This document shows positions 22,436 to 33,996 of a stretch of DNA of 60,638 nt, in pieces. The notes beneath the pieces were generated by a model. The model made no database searches, was not told the DNA's origin, and saw nothing but the letters and a program-made list of their open reading frames with translations. The stretch comes from Macrostomum lignano (lineage: Eukaryota). The DNA is taken from assembly GCA_002269645.1 (NCBI GenBank), contig NIVC01002584.1, forward strand, positions 1-60,638, read 5' to 3'. The position numbers and the translations under genes were made by a program. The stretch's first letter is position 1. Every line of letters begins with the position of its first letter.

Positions 22436-25400
22436 GCTTTTTACTTGGCAAGTTATCTACTGTAATTAGTTTTACGGAAAATACCTTTTAAGAATTTAAA
22501 AGTATTGGACTAACGTATGTTGCGATTTCAAACCTTATAATATGCACCTTGCCTCCAGACAGCAGTTCCGAAGTGTCGGGCATCCTGGAGGTCAGCGGTC
22601 CCCTCGTGTTCAAAGAGTACTTCGGCCGGCCGGAGGACACAGCTAAGGAGTTCACCGAGGACGGCTGGTTTCGCACCGGCGACTCGGCCGCCTGTGACCT
22701 CGGCGGCAGCTTCCGCATACTCGGCCGGACCTCGGTGGACATCATAAAATCCGGTGGCTACAAAATCAGCGCCCTGGAGGTCGAGGCCGCGTTCTTTGGC
22801 CATCCGGCATTGGCCGAATGCGCGGTGGTGGCCGTCCCGGATGACACCTGGGGCGAGCGGCTGGTTCTGGTGGCGGTGCCGGCGCCTGGGCAGCCGCAGG
22901 CGGATCTGGCCGGCCTGCAGGCGTGGGCGGCGCAGCGCTTAGCCAAGTACAAGTGGCCTAGGGAGCTGCGGGTGAGAGCGTTTTACCCCCAGAGATTTTT
23001 GGTTGGTCGGTTGGTCGGTTGGTTGGTTCTGACTAGCAGCTATTAGAGAGGCTATTTTTGGAATTTTTGGTGGTTCATATCTTGATAGTCAGGTAAGTTC
23101 CTAGATGGATTAGCTAAAATCGAAGTGATAAATAGACCCGCAGTCATCCAGAAGGCAAGCACTGACCATTTTTATGCTTATAATTTCATAATTTAGTTAT
23201 CATCCTGCGCCACTTTTTATCCAGTTTGCATTGCTTCTGCGCTTCCAGATTTTGGACAGCCTGCCCAGAAATGCCATGGGCAAAGTTAACAAGAAGCAGC
23301 TCAAACTGATGGTGCAGTCTGCGACTGACGGCTCTTGACTGATTTGTATTTGATTTGTCTTTGCCATTATTTGTCTTTGATTAATGAGAAATCCGACTAG
23401 CTGAATTTATTGCCTCGGTGATTGTCTATAAAATCGTTATTTAAATTGTCTTTACTTATTTTGCTTGTTATTATCATCAGTTTGCAGTGTCTCAGATCGT
23501 AGCCAAGTCGCCAGCTGTTAGTTTGGTGTAGGAAAGTCCAACAGTCAAATAAATAGTTCGTAGATTCGTAGAATGAAGGTGAATTTCAAAGGACTCAGGC
23601 CAGCTTCACAGACCCGATATATTATAAAACCAACATCTCCAAGCACTCCTGTTGTTGAAGGTCCCATAGGTCCCATTGTAATTGATGTAGACAGCTCTCC
23701 TGTAAGTTTTAGACATCATACTCGTAGGTGTTTGTGGATTTTTCGGCACTGCAAAATGGCGTTGATTTCGGAATGCATAGCAACTGAATGATTTATTGCA
23801 CCCCTCCTCAATGCAATTTCTGCACTGCTGTTGCCGCAGCTGTTCTCACTGGAGGCTTTGGAGTTAATTTTTGTCAAGCGTAAATTGGTCAGAAAAGAAG
23901 CAGCGAATCACCACAGGCTCAACGCATTCATTTTATGCCTTGTATCATCATTCCTGTCAGAGCTTCAGTTTTCTTTGTCTTCTTCCCTACTGTCAGCATG
24001 TGCTGCTAAAGCGCCAACTGCGCGGCGGACTAGTGCCACTATTTTGTGGGCAAATTTGGCTAACATTTTTTTTAGTTTCACAATTGTCATGTGTCCGTGG
24101 CCTGTCTGTCAGTGCCAGAGAGTAATGAAGCCTTCTGCCAGTTATCAAAGTGCCGCCTACCGTTCGCTAAAGATTCCTTCATTAAAATTGCCAGCCATCC
24201 CTCAAACCGCAGTACAAATGGCATCCCTGATGATCCTAACAGAAGATTCCTGCAAAGCCGCTAAAGTTTCGAAAATCCCTGAAACTCTCCAGCTGAGGTC
24301 CCTTAGAAGTGACGTCGTTTACCCAAACTACCGATTTTGCTCTGTCGCCTTAAATTGTTGCTTCGAATCGAATCGAAAGGAAAGTGAAAGCACTTATATT
24401 GCGTATCATCTAACACCGATATCAACAATGAGGAAGCTGCTCCTTTGGCAGGTTTATCCGCAATTAGTGGGTACTAGTCCGCCGTGCAGTTTTTCTCTCC
24501 TATTTTGTGCCGCTTTCTGCAGTGTTATTGATTCACAACAAATCATATACTTGAATTATATTCTTCTACTCCAAAAACGTCTTAAAAAACACGATGGCAG
24601 TCATCCAGGCTGCTCATCAACAGTCGCTCTGTTTAGCCCTCGATGCCGTGTCCACCACCCTGTCCAGACGCCTGTCCCCGCTCGCCCGCTCCGACTCGGT
24701 GATGGACATCTACGAGGCGCTGACGGCGGCCGTGTACCTCATGTCCAGCGCCTCCAACCCGTTGAAAGTCAGCCGCGAGTCGCGCCGACTGTCATTCGAG
24801 CAGGGCGCCTGGGTACACATGGGCAGGACGCAGACGGTTGAGGACATGGTCGAGAGCGGCTTCTTCTACCTTCAGGTGAGCTAAAGGTGATAGTTAAGAA
24901 GCAAACGTTTAGGAGCTAAATAGATTATCTTCAGCGCCTGGTCAGAGGTCTATGATCTATTATATGGAGGGCTTAAGCAGTCGACTCTGCAGTTTACAAA
25001 GTACGAGCGTATTCACAATCAGACTCAGACCCACTAGGCTTCACTACTGAGCAGGATCTAACGGTGTATCATTTATTCTGCTGTCTTGTCAAAGTGCAAC
25101 TGATATGTGGTAGTAACCATAGGAAGTGTTTTGTAAGGCCAACACGGAAGCTGCATTCTGCAGACAATAATCGATTGGCAGGACAGCACAAAGACCTAAA
25201 GATCAGTGAGACAGCCACCCGCAAAGCTAAGAGACATGGCTATTGCATAGAATCAATTCAGCAGTGTCTTCTTAGTATTATAATAATTAGTTGATGGATT
25301 TATGTTTTGGCTGATGTTCACTGTCTGGTTTAAGCTATCACCTTTATTAGTACGAGTTATTGAATTAAACCCGAATGTCTCTTTAGATCACGGGGTTTTG

Positions 25401-26130
25401 ACGAAGAAGTTGATTTACAGCATGCATTCATCGTTACAGCATGTATTTAACTACAGGAGGACGACCACGTGAAATGCTTCTTCTGCGACCTCGGCCTCAA
25501 AGACTGGGACGCTGGCGACGTCCCCGAGATGGAGCACGCCAAGTTCAGCCCGCTCTGCTTCTTCCTCAAGAGCTCGCGCGGTCTGGAATGGCTGCGCAGG
25601 TCGAGTCCCCGACCTCCTAACTACCCGACGTCCTACACCCGACAGGACCACAACCAGCTGCTGCGGATTCTGTCGGACGAGCTGCTCAGCGAGCCGGTGG
25701 ACATTGTGTGCAAGCTGGGATTCTGCGACACCAAAGTGCTGCTCTGCATCGCCAGGAAGTTCATCCGGTTCAGGCAGAAGTTCACCAGACAAGAGCTGCT
25801 GCAAGAGATGCACAAGGAGTGGGACCGCGAGATGGCGGGCGAGCCCGAGCACTTCATCGGCAAGTTCGACCTCGCAGCCGTGCTCAGACAGTTCCGCGAC
25901 TCCATGGCCTCCGTTCCCGGACCTCCGCCCGGCTCCCAGCGACAGCCGCTGACCCAGCAGCAGCAGCTGCAGCAGCAGGGCGGCTCTGTCGGTAACCGCT
26001 GCCGGAACTGCAACATCCGGGATGTGGAGATCGTGTGTCTCCCCTGCGGTCACCTGAGTCTCTGCTTGCTGTGCAGCCGGTCCGTCCGAGTCTGTCCGGC
26101 CATCGGCTGCGGACAGCAGGTGGCCAATAT
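22436..26130 (+). repeat. Left arm of an inverted duplication of about 3.7 kb (right arm 30280-33996)
   Basis: ACSF3 exons 4-5, the intergenic region and both IAP exons are mirrored; coordinate sums stay constant at about 56.4 kb. Homology starts inside ACSF3 intron 3 and ends in the last RING codons. Confidence 0.93.
22559..23338 (+). pseudogene. ACSF3 3' fragment (exon 4 22559-22971, exon 5 23249-23338) lacking exons 1-3
   Basis: Both exons are open with intact splice sites ([33 protein letters not shown]). Homology to the full gene ends at 22436 and no upstream exons are in the same orientation. Confidence 0.88.
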
Positions 26131-26260
26131 CCAGGGAACTGGCGTTCTCTCGGTTGAGCAGAACGACATCCGTAATCGAGTGCACAGCACACCTCGCTTC
26201 AACGGATTTTCATTTGGCCGAATGCGCGTTTTACGTTTAGGCGAGAGTGGGCTCTTTTAA
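24594..26260 (+). CDS. Inhibitor of apoptosis protein (BIR-UBA-like-RING), copy 2; exons 24594-24875, 25457-26260; 361 aa
   Basis: Same motifs and splice phase as copy 1. Confidence 0.9.
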
Positions 26261-29220
26261 ACGCAGTTCGTAAAAAATTACCTGCTGAATATATATTCGA
26301 TGGTTGTTTGATTGACACTGTAGGGTAAGATAAGACTAAAGACAGTATAGATGATGTCCTCCAGTCCTGCTGTGATCCCCTGTGGTCCCTAAGCAAGTGA
26401 CCTGAGTCATCTTATGAGTTACAGCTGTCACCTTTCCTCACCTTCGAGTTTCGTAAGTTAATGGGACTATGCGTTGTGCTTTTCTTGTGCACAAGGGCAG
26501 TTTGGTTAGACCCTCGAGTGTGTTTGAGTTCTCTTCAGTAATGTACATGTGATCCGGCCGTTACATAGCTGGTTGCATCTGTTAAGTTACATGTGGAGTT
26601 GCTCTTGGGAATATGATTTTAAAATTTTAGGTATTCATTTTTACGCTTTAATTATCGTAAAAACTCTCATCACATTTTTGTAACAATTATGTTGGCTTTT
26701 TGAGGAGCGTGTGTTCAGGAATTTTCAGACGTTTTGTTTTCCATCGAGTTTTCAATTGAAATCTTTTTCTGCTAGCCTACCATTGCCATAGCTAGTTTAA
26801 AGTGTTCGAACAATCTAGAAAACATGCAGCTCAAATTAATCCAGCTGGTTGCTCAAATTTTCTGAAAGGAACTCAAAATGTATACCCTATTCTGTTTTAT
26901 TCAATTCAAATCATTTTCTGTACGGAGGCGCTGAGCCGACGACTCTAATATAAAATAATTTCGGACTGTTATAGCTTTATCTTTTTCTGGAATTTCCGCG
27001 GAATTACCACGGGATGGCCTTGGAGTTGCCCTAAAGTTGTAAAAAATTTCGGTTTGAGTGTATTTTCCATATTTGTATAATACAATTGTGCGTGCCATGC
27101 AATTATATTGTCCGATTGTCCTTTACAGCCCTTTGTTTCTATAACGAGATGCTACCGCGGAGTTGCCCCGGAAATGCCACCGAATTGCCGTGGAATTGCC
27201 GCGGGAATTTCGTAAAAGCATATTTATTGTGGTACTCTCACATCTGTGAAGTTTTCCCCTCCTCCGCCATTTCGCATACTTCACATTTTTGTGTCCTTGT
27301 TTACATGTACTTAAAATTAATTGGTGTACCTGTAAATATTTACTTTATCAACTAATGACATTTATCGCATTTTGGAATATATCGAAAAATGCTTACTCTT
27401 CTAGCTGAATGATTGCCGATTGGTTCGTGAAATTCCTTTCTGGCAGCTGATTCGAATGCCTACGAGCGTACATGTACATTCGCCAGGGGAAGCTGCACTG
27501 CATGATGAAGCCACGCACTTCAACCGTAAGCGGTGCCTTGACTACTACTGCTGTACTTGCTTATATAACTACAATTTGGTTCAGGATCGTTAGGCTTCGT
27601 TTTGCCTATTGTGTGCTTCTATATTCAATGGTACATGCAAATATATATAGAAATTCTTTTGAATTTTAGACTATAGCAACATTTAACATATGTATGCTTG
27701 TGTACTATTACAGTGCACGTTCGCAGACAGAAGGGAGACAACCGCTGCTGAACACAGCTGTTTGGCGGCAGATCCTGCACATGGCGTCGAGCCGCTGCAT
27801 CAGCCGGACGATGTTGCAAGAAGCTGCAGCAGCACCAGAGCTGGGGATTTCTGCGCGAGGCAACCAGCAGGTAAGGGGGCTTAAAAAACCATAAGCAAAA
27901 CTCTATCTTATAAGCAAAACAGATCCAACGCAAATGCCTTAAATATCCATGGCGTCAGTTCACCAAATTACATGCACATTCACGTAACTGTTTTTTTCTC
28001 GATTTGGTTAGCGGCTATTCCATGGAAAAGCCGCGGAAAGTCCTTGCCCTTGTCCGACTCTCGGGTAAACGGGGTTCGATTCCATCGCGCGTGCCTGACA
28101 ACACTTTAATTGAGGGTTCCTCATATATTAGGTATGCCACAGCATTACTGAATAGAATACCCCACCATAGAGGAAAACGATTTTTCATAATAGTTTCATC
28201 CAAAAATATTAATGAATGAGAATGGATTAGTAGGTATTAAGTATACACAGACATGATATTCAGCTGTGTTGGATAACCACGCTGGCGTGAATAAACAAGA
28301 ATCGAGTTGAGTTAAGAGAAAATAATATCTTTGCTTCTATATAGAAAATATCTGGCTCGGTAGGTACTGCAATTTGCGCAGCTAGCTGCATAGTCTTCTG
28401 TTTACTCAACAGTAAGCGTTAATATTCAGCACCATGTGATGTTTTTTGCAGTCCTAACAGAAGGAACAATAATGATTATATTTGCATCAGGCGTCAGTGC
28501 TATTTTTAGACTTGCAGCAAAGCCTCCGACGTTTAACAACTTTGACTACTGTGGGAACTAGCAATCAGCGCCTCGGTTGGGGAGGCAACAAAAAATTGAA
28601 TAAACTACATGTAGCTTCTGACCTCTCAGCCTTGACAACTCAGCAATTCCCCCGTGAGCCTTGAAAATTTAGCAAATTCCCTGAAAGCCTTGATAACTGA
28701 GCAAGTGACCTTGTTAGTTTTTGCAAAACCCGATGATTGTAGATATATTATTCAGCAATTTTGAAAACAGCCACCCAAAGCATTGACAGGCAGTGCGATT
28801 GACTTCAACTCACTAACACTGCAATGACGCAAGGTTGTCCAACTTTCGGTCAGGGTAGCAGCATGCCTTAGTAAAAAGTCACCCTACCTTAAAAATAGTT
28901 CATCTTGTAATAGTAGACACCTGTTTTGTTCGCCAAAATTAACAGTTGTAGCTAACAGTAACTAATGCTTGCAAAGGGAGAGTAGAGTACATGTACTACA
29001 TACAGTCTTGCCATGGACTTGCCACGGTAGTGCCACAGACTGTCCGGGGTTGAACCGCAGGAGTGCAATATAAAGATTTGACTAGAGAGCCACCTGCATA
29101 CATAATAGTAAAGAATCCAGTGTGAAACAAAATAAGACAGAGATGCGACGCGCAACGATTTATTGGTGAGTATATTGATGTGGATTTATTCAAATTTAAC
29201 CATACAAAATTAGCGACAAC
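24600..29220 (+). repeat. Direct segmental duplication, copy B (partner 17508-22230)
   Basis: See copy A. Confidence 0.92.
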
Positions 29221-30258
29221 TAACAACCCAGCCCGTTAGGGGAGTTGCCTGTAATAAGCAATCTACTACGTACTCTACGTGACTCAATCCAGTTTTTTAA
29301 GTCAAATTTAAGCAATTTCTAGGCCTGTCACCTTGTGACACTTTGATGTGACTTACACAATGTAGAAACTGCAGGTATGTGGGCGAGAAGACAATACGCT
29401 CGTAACGATCAGTTTATTTCGCACAACCAATGCTAGAAAAAAGTTTTATGTACAAAGATGTAGGCTTTAGACTAAAAAATATGAGGCGAAGGGGTGCTTT
29501 TACGAGGTCGAAATTTCACATCGAAAAGCAAATTTTTCACAATGTCGAAAACTTAATATAACAAAACTATGGAGTAGTTTTTGACGTTGTGAAATTTCGA
29601 GTTTGCTTATAAAGCATATATTACTTGAATTCAAATTAGTAATATAAGCTCTCACTGGTTTGGGTGTACACTTTGAATTCAAGGCCTCTAATGTCTATCA
29701 AGATGTGCATTTCGATATAGAATTCTAATTCAGTGAGCCAAAATGAAAATTAATGCATTGGCATACAGGGTGTTGGCTTAAAAGTGAGTGAGACAGTTGG
29801 GCATTGCACAACAAGTTATGAGACAAGAAGGTTTGACCCTAAAAAAGGGCAAAAACTTTTTCTTTGAATAAATCCCTTTAAAATAGAGAAACATCTTAAC
29901 CAAGAGACGTGTATCGATTTGAGAAAATTTGCAGCAGAATGGTGCCAATCGTTTTTCTATTATCGATCGCACAGATAGACAGGCATGGCTCAAATTTAGA
30001 ATTTCAGATTAGAACTCATTTTTAGTACATAGGACTATAGAAGCGAAGAGAATAGAATAGAAGAGAAGAGGCGAGAAGAGATGCATATTCTATACAGAGC
30101 AAAAACTTGAGAGGAAATTTTAAACGGAACAAGGAAGGGAATCATAAAACAGTAGTAAGCTCTTTTGAACGAGTAGAGGAAAATATAGCAACTGAACTAA
30201 ACACCAAAAATCAATACAGTCGTTTGCAATCTGAAATTCACGTATAATGCGACAAATC

Positions 30259-31824
30259 TTAGGACACGAACGCGCGGACAAAGTTGTCTACCTGCTGATC
30301 ACAGCCGATCGCGGGGCACACTCGGACAGACCGGCTGCACTGCAAGCAGAGACTCAGGTGACCGCAGGGGAGACACACGATCTCCACATCCCGGATGTTG
30401 CAGTTCCGGCAGCGGTTACCGACAGAGCCGCCCTGCTGCTGCAGCTGCTGCTGCTGGGTCAGCGGCTGTCGCTGGGAGCCGGGCGGAGGTCCGGGAACCG
30501 AGGCCATGGAGTTGCGGAACTGTCTGAGCACGGCTGCGAGGTCGAACTTGCCGATGAAGTGCTCGGGCTCGCTCGCCATCTCGCGGTCCCACTCCTTGTG
30601 CATCTCTTGCAGCAGCTCTTGTCTGGTGAACTTCTGCCTGAACCGGATGAACTTCCTGGCGATGCAGAGCAGCACTTTGGTGTCGCAGAATCCCAGCTTG
30701 CACACAATGTCCACCGGCTCGCTGAGCAGCTCGTCCGACAGAATCCGCAGCAGCTGGTTGTGGTCCTGTCGGGTGTAGGACGTCGGGTAGTTGGGCGGTC
30801 GGGGACTCGACCTGCGCAGCCATTCCAGGCCGCGCGAGCTCTTGAGGAAGAAGCACAGCGGGCTGAACTTGGCGTGCTCCATCTCGGGGACGTCGCCAGC
30901 GTCCCAGTCTTTGAGGCCGAGGTCGCAGAAGAAGCATTTCACGTGGTCGTCCTCCTGCGGTTAAATACATGCTGTAACGATGAATGCATGCTGTAAATCA
31001 ACTTAGTCAATATCCCGTGATCTAAAGAGACATTCGGCCTTAATTCAATAACTCGTACTAATAAAGGTGATAGCTCAAACCAGATAGTGAACATCAGTGC
31101 CAAAAGAGAAACCCATCAGCTAATTATTATAATGCTAAGAAGACATTGCTGAATTGATTTCATGCAATAGTCATGTTCCTTCCTTAGCTCTGCGGCTGGC
31201 TGTCTCTTGGAAATAATCCTTAGGTCTCTGTGCTGTCTTGCCAATCGATGATTGTCTGCAGAATGCAGCTTCCGTGTTGGCCTTACAAAACACTTCCTAT
31301 GGTTACTACAAAATATCAGTTGCACTTTGACAGACAGCAGAACAAACGATACACCGTTAGATCCTGCTCAGTAGAGAAGCCTAGTGGGTCTGAGTCTGAT
31401 TGTGAATACGCTCGTACATTGTAAACTGCGGAGTCGGCTGCTTAAGTCCTCTATACAATAGATCATAGACCTCAGACCAGGTGTTGAGGATAATCTATTT
31501 AGCCCCTAAAAGTTTGCTTCTTAACTATCACATCTAGTTCACCTGAAGGTAAAAGAAACCACTCTCGACCATGTCCTCAACCGTCTGCGTCCTGCCCATG
31601 TGCACCCACGCGCCCAGCTCGAACGACAGTCGGCGCGACTCGCGGCTGACTTTCAACGGGTTGGAAGCGCTGGACATGAGGTACACGGCCGCCGTCAGCG
31701 CCTCGTAGATGTCCATCACCGAGTCGGAGCGGGCGAGCGGGGACAGGCGGCTGGACAGGGTGGTGGACACGGCATCGAGGGCTAAACAGAGCGACTGTTG
31801 GTGAGCAGCCTGGATGACTGCCAT
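30259..31824 (-). CDS. Inhibitor of apoptosis protein (BIR-UBA-like-RING), copy 3 with the canonical C-terminus; exons 31824-31543, 30954-30259; 325 aa
   Basis: BIR and RING as above. It ends CPAIGCDQQVDNFVRAFVS*, like known IAP RING termini. Confidence 0.93.
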
Positions 31825-33996
31825 CGGATTTTTCAAGACGTTTTTTGAGTAGAAGAATATAATTCAAGTATATGATTATTTGAGAATCAATAACACTGCA
31901 GAAAGCGGCACAAAATAGGAGAGCAAAACTGCACGGCGGATTAGTACCCACTAATTGCGGATAAACTTGCCTAAGCAGCAGCTTCCTCATGGTTGATCTC
32001 GATGTTAGATGATACGCAATATAAGTGCTTTCGATTTCTTTTCGATTCGATTCGAAGCAACAATTTAAGGCGACAGAGCAAAATCGATAGTTTTGGTAAA
32101 CGACGTCACTTCTAAGGGACCTCAGCTGGAGAGTTTCAGGGATTTTCGAAACTTTAGCCGCTCTGCATGAATATTCTGTCAGGGCCATCAGGGATGCCAT
32201 TTGTGCTGCGGTTTGAGGGAGGGCTGGCAATTTTAATGAAGGAATGTTTGGCGAACGGTAGGCGGCACTTTGATAACTGGAAGAAGGCTTCATTACTCTC
32301 TGGCACTGACAGACAGGCCATGGACACATGACAATTGTGAAACTGAAAAAATGTTAGACAAATTTGCCCACAAAATAGTGGCACTAGTCCGCCGCGCAGT
32401 TGACGCTTTAGCAGCACATGTTGACAGTAGGGAAGAAGACAAAGAAAACTGAAGCTCTGACGGGAATGATGATACAAGGCATAAAATGAATGCGTTGAGC
32501 CTGTGGTGATTCGCTGCTTCTTTTCTGACCAATTTACGTTTGACAAAAATTAGTTCCAAAGCCTCCAGTAAGAACAGTTGCGGCAACAGCAGTGCTGAAA
32601 TTGCATCGAGGAGGGGGGGGGTACAATAAATCATTCAGTTGCTATGCATTCTGAATTTAACGCCATTTTGCAGTACAAAAAAAGTCCACAAACATCTACG
32701 TGTATGATGTCTAAAACTTACAGGAGACTTGTCTGCATCAATTACAATGGGACCTATGGGACCTTTAACAACAGGAGTGCTTGGAGATGTTGGTTCTATA
32801 ATATATTGAGTCTCTGAAGCTGGCCTAAGTCCTTTGAAATTCACCTTCATTCTACGAATCTACGTACTATTTATATGACCGTTGGACTTTCCTACACCAA
32901 AATAACAGCTTGCGACTTGGCTACGATCTGAGACACTGCAAACTGATAATAATAACAAGCAAAATAAGTAAAGACAATTTAAACAACGATGTTATAGACA
33001 ATCACCGAGGCAATAAATTCAGCTAGTCGGATTTCTCATTAATCAAAGACAAATAATGGCAAAGACAAATCAAATACAAATCAGTCAAGAGCCGTCAGTC
33101 GCAGACTGCACCATCAGTTGGAGCTGCTTCTTGTTAACTTTGCCCATGGCATTTCTGGGCAGGCTGTCCAAAATCTGGAAGCGCAGAAGCAATGCAAACT
33201 GGATAAAAAGTGGCGCAGGATGATAACTAAATTATGAAATTATAAGCATAAAATTTCTAAGTGTGTGTGTGCTGGGGGGTCAGTGCTTGCATTCTGGATG
33301 ACTGCGGGTCTATTTATCACTTCGATTTTTAGCTGATCCACCTAGGAACTTACCTGACTATTAAGATATGAACCACCAAAAATTCCAATAATGGCCTCTC
33401 TCTAACAGCTGTTAGTCAGACCAAATCAATTAAAATATCTGGCGGTAAAACGCTCTCACCCGCAGCTCCCTGGGCCACTTGTACTTGGCCAAGCGCTGCG
33501 CCGCCCACGTCTGCAGGACGGCCAGATCCGCCTGTGGCTGTCCAGGCGCCGGCACCACCACCAGCACCAGCCGCTCGCCCCAGGTGTCATCCGGGACGGC
33601 CACAACCGCGCACTCGGCCAATGCCGGATGGCCAACGAACGCGGCCTCGACCTCCAGGGCGCTGATTTTGTAACCGCCAGATTTGATTATGTCCACCGAG
33701 GTCCGGCCGAGTATGCGGAAGCTGCCGCCGAGGTCACAGGCGGCCGAGTCGCCGGTGCGAAACCAGCCGTCCTCGGTGAACTCCTTAGCTGTGTCCTCCG
33801 GCCGGCCGAAGTACTCTTTGAACACGAGGGGACCGCTGACCTCCAGGATGCCCGACACTTCGGAACTGCTGTCTGGAGGCAAGGTGCTTATTATAAGGTT
33901 TGACATCGCAACAGAAATTAGTCCAGTACTTTTAAATTCTTAAAGGGATTGTCCGTCAAACAAATTACAGTAGATAACTTGCCAAGTAAAAAGCTT
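30280..33996 (-). repeat. Right arm of the inverted duplication (partner 22436-26130)
   Basis: Reverse-complement match across exons, introns and intergenic DNA. Confidence 0.93.
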
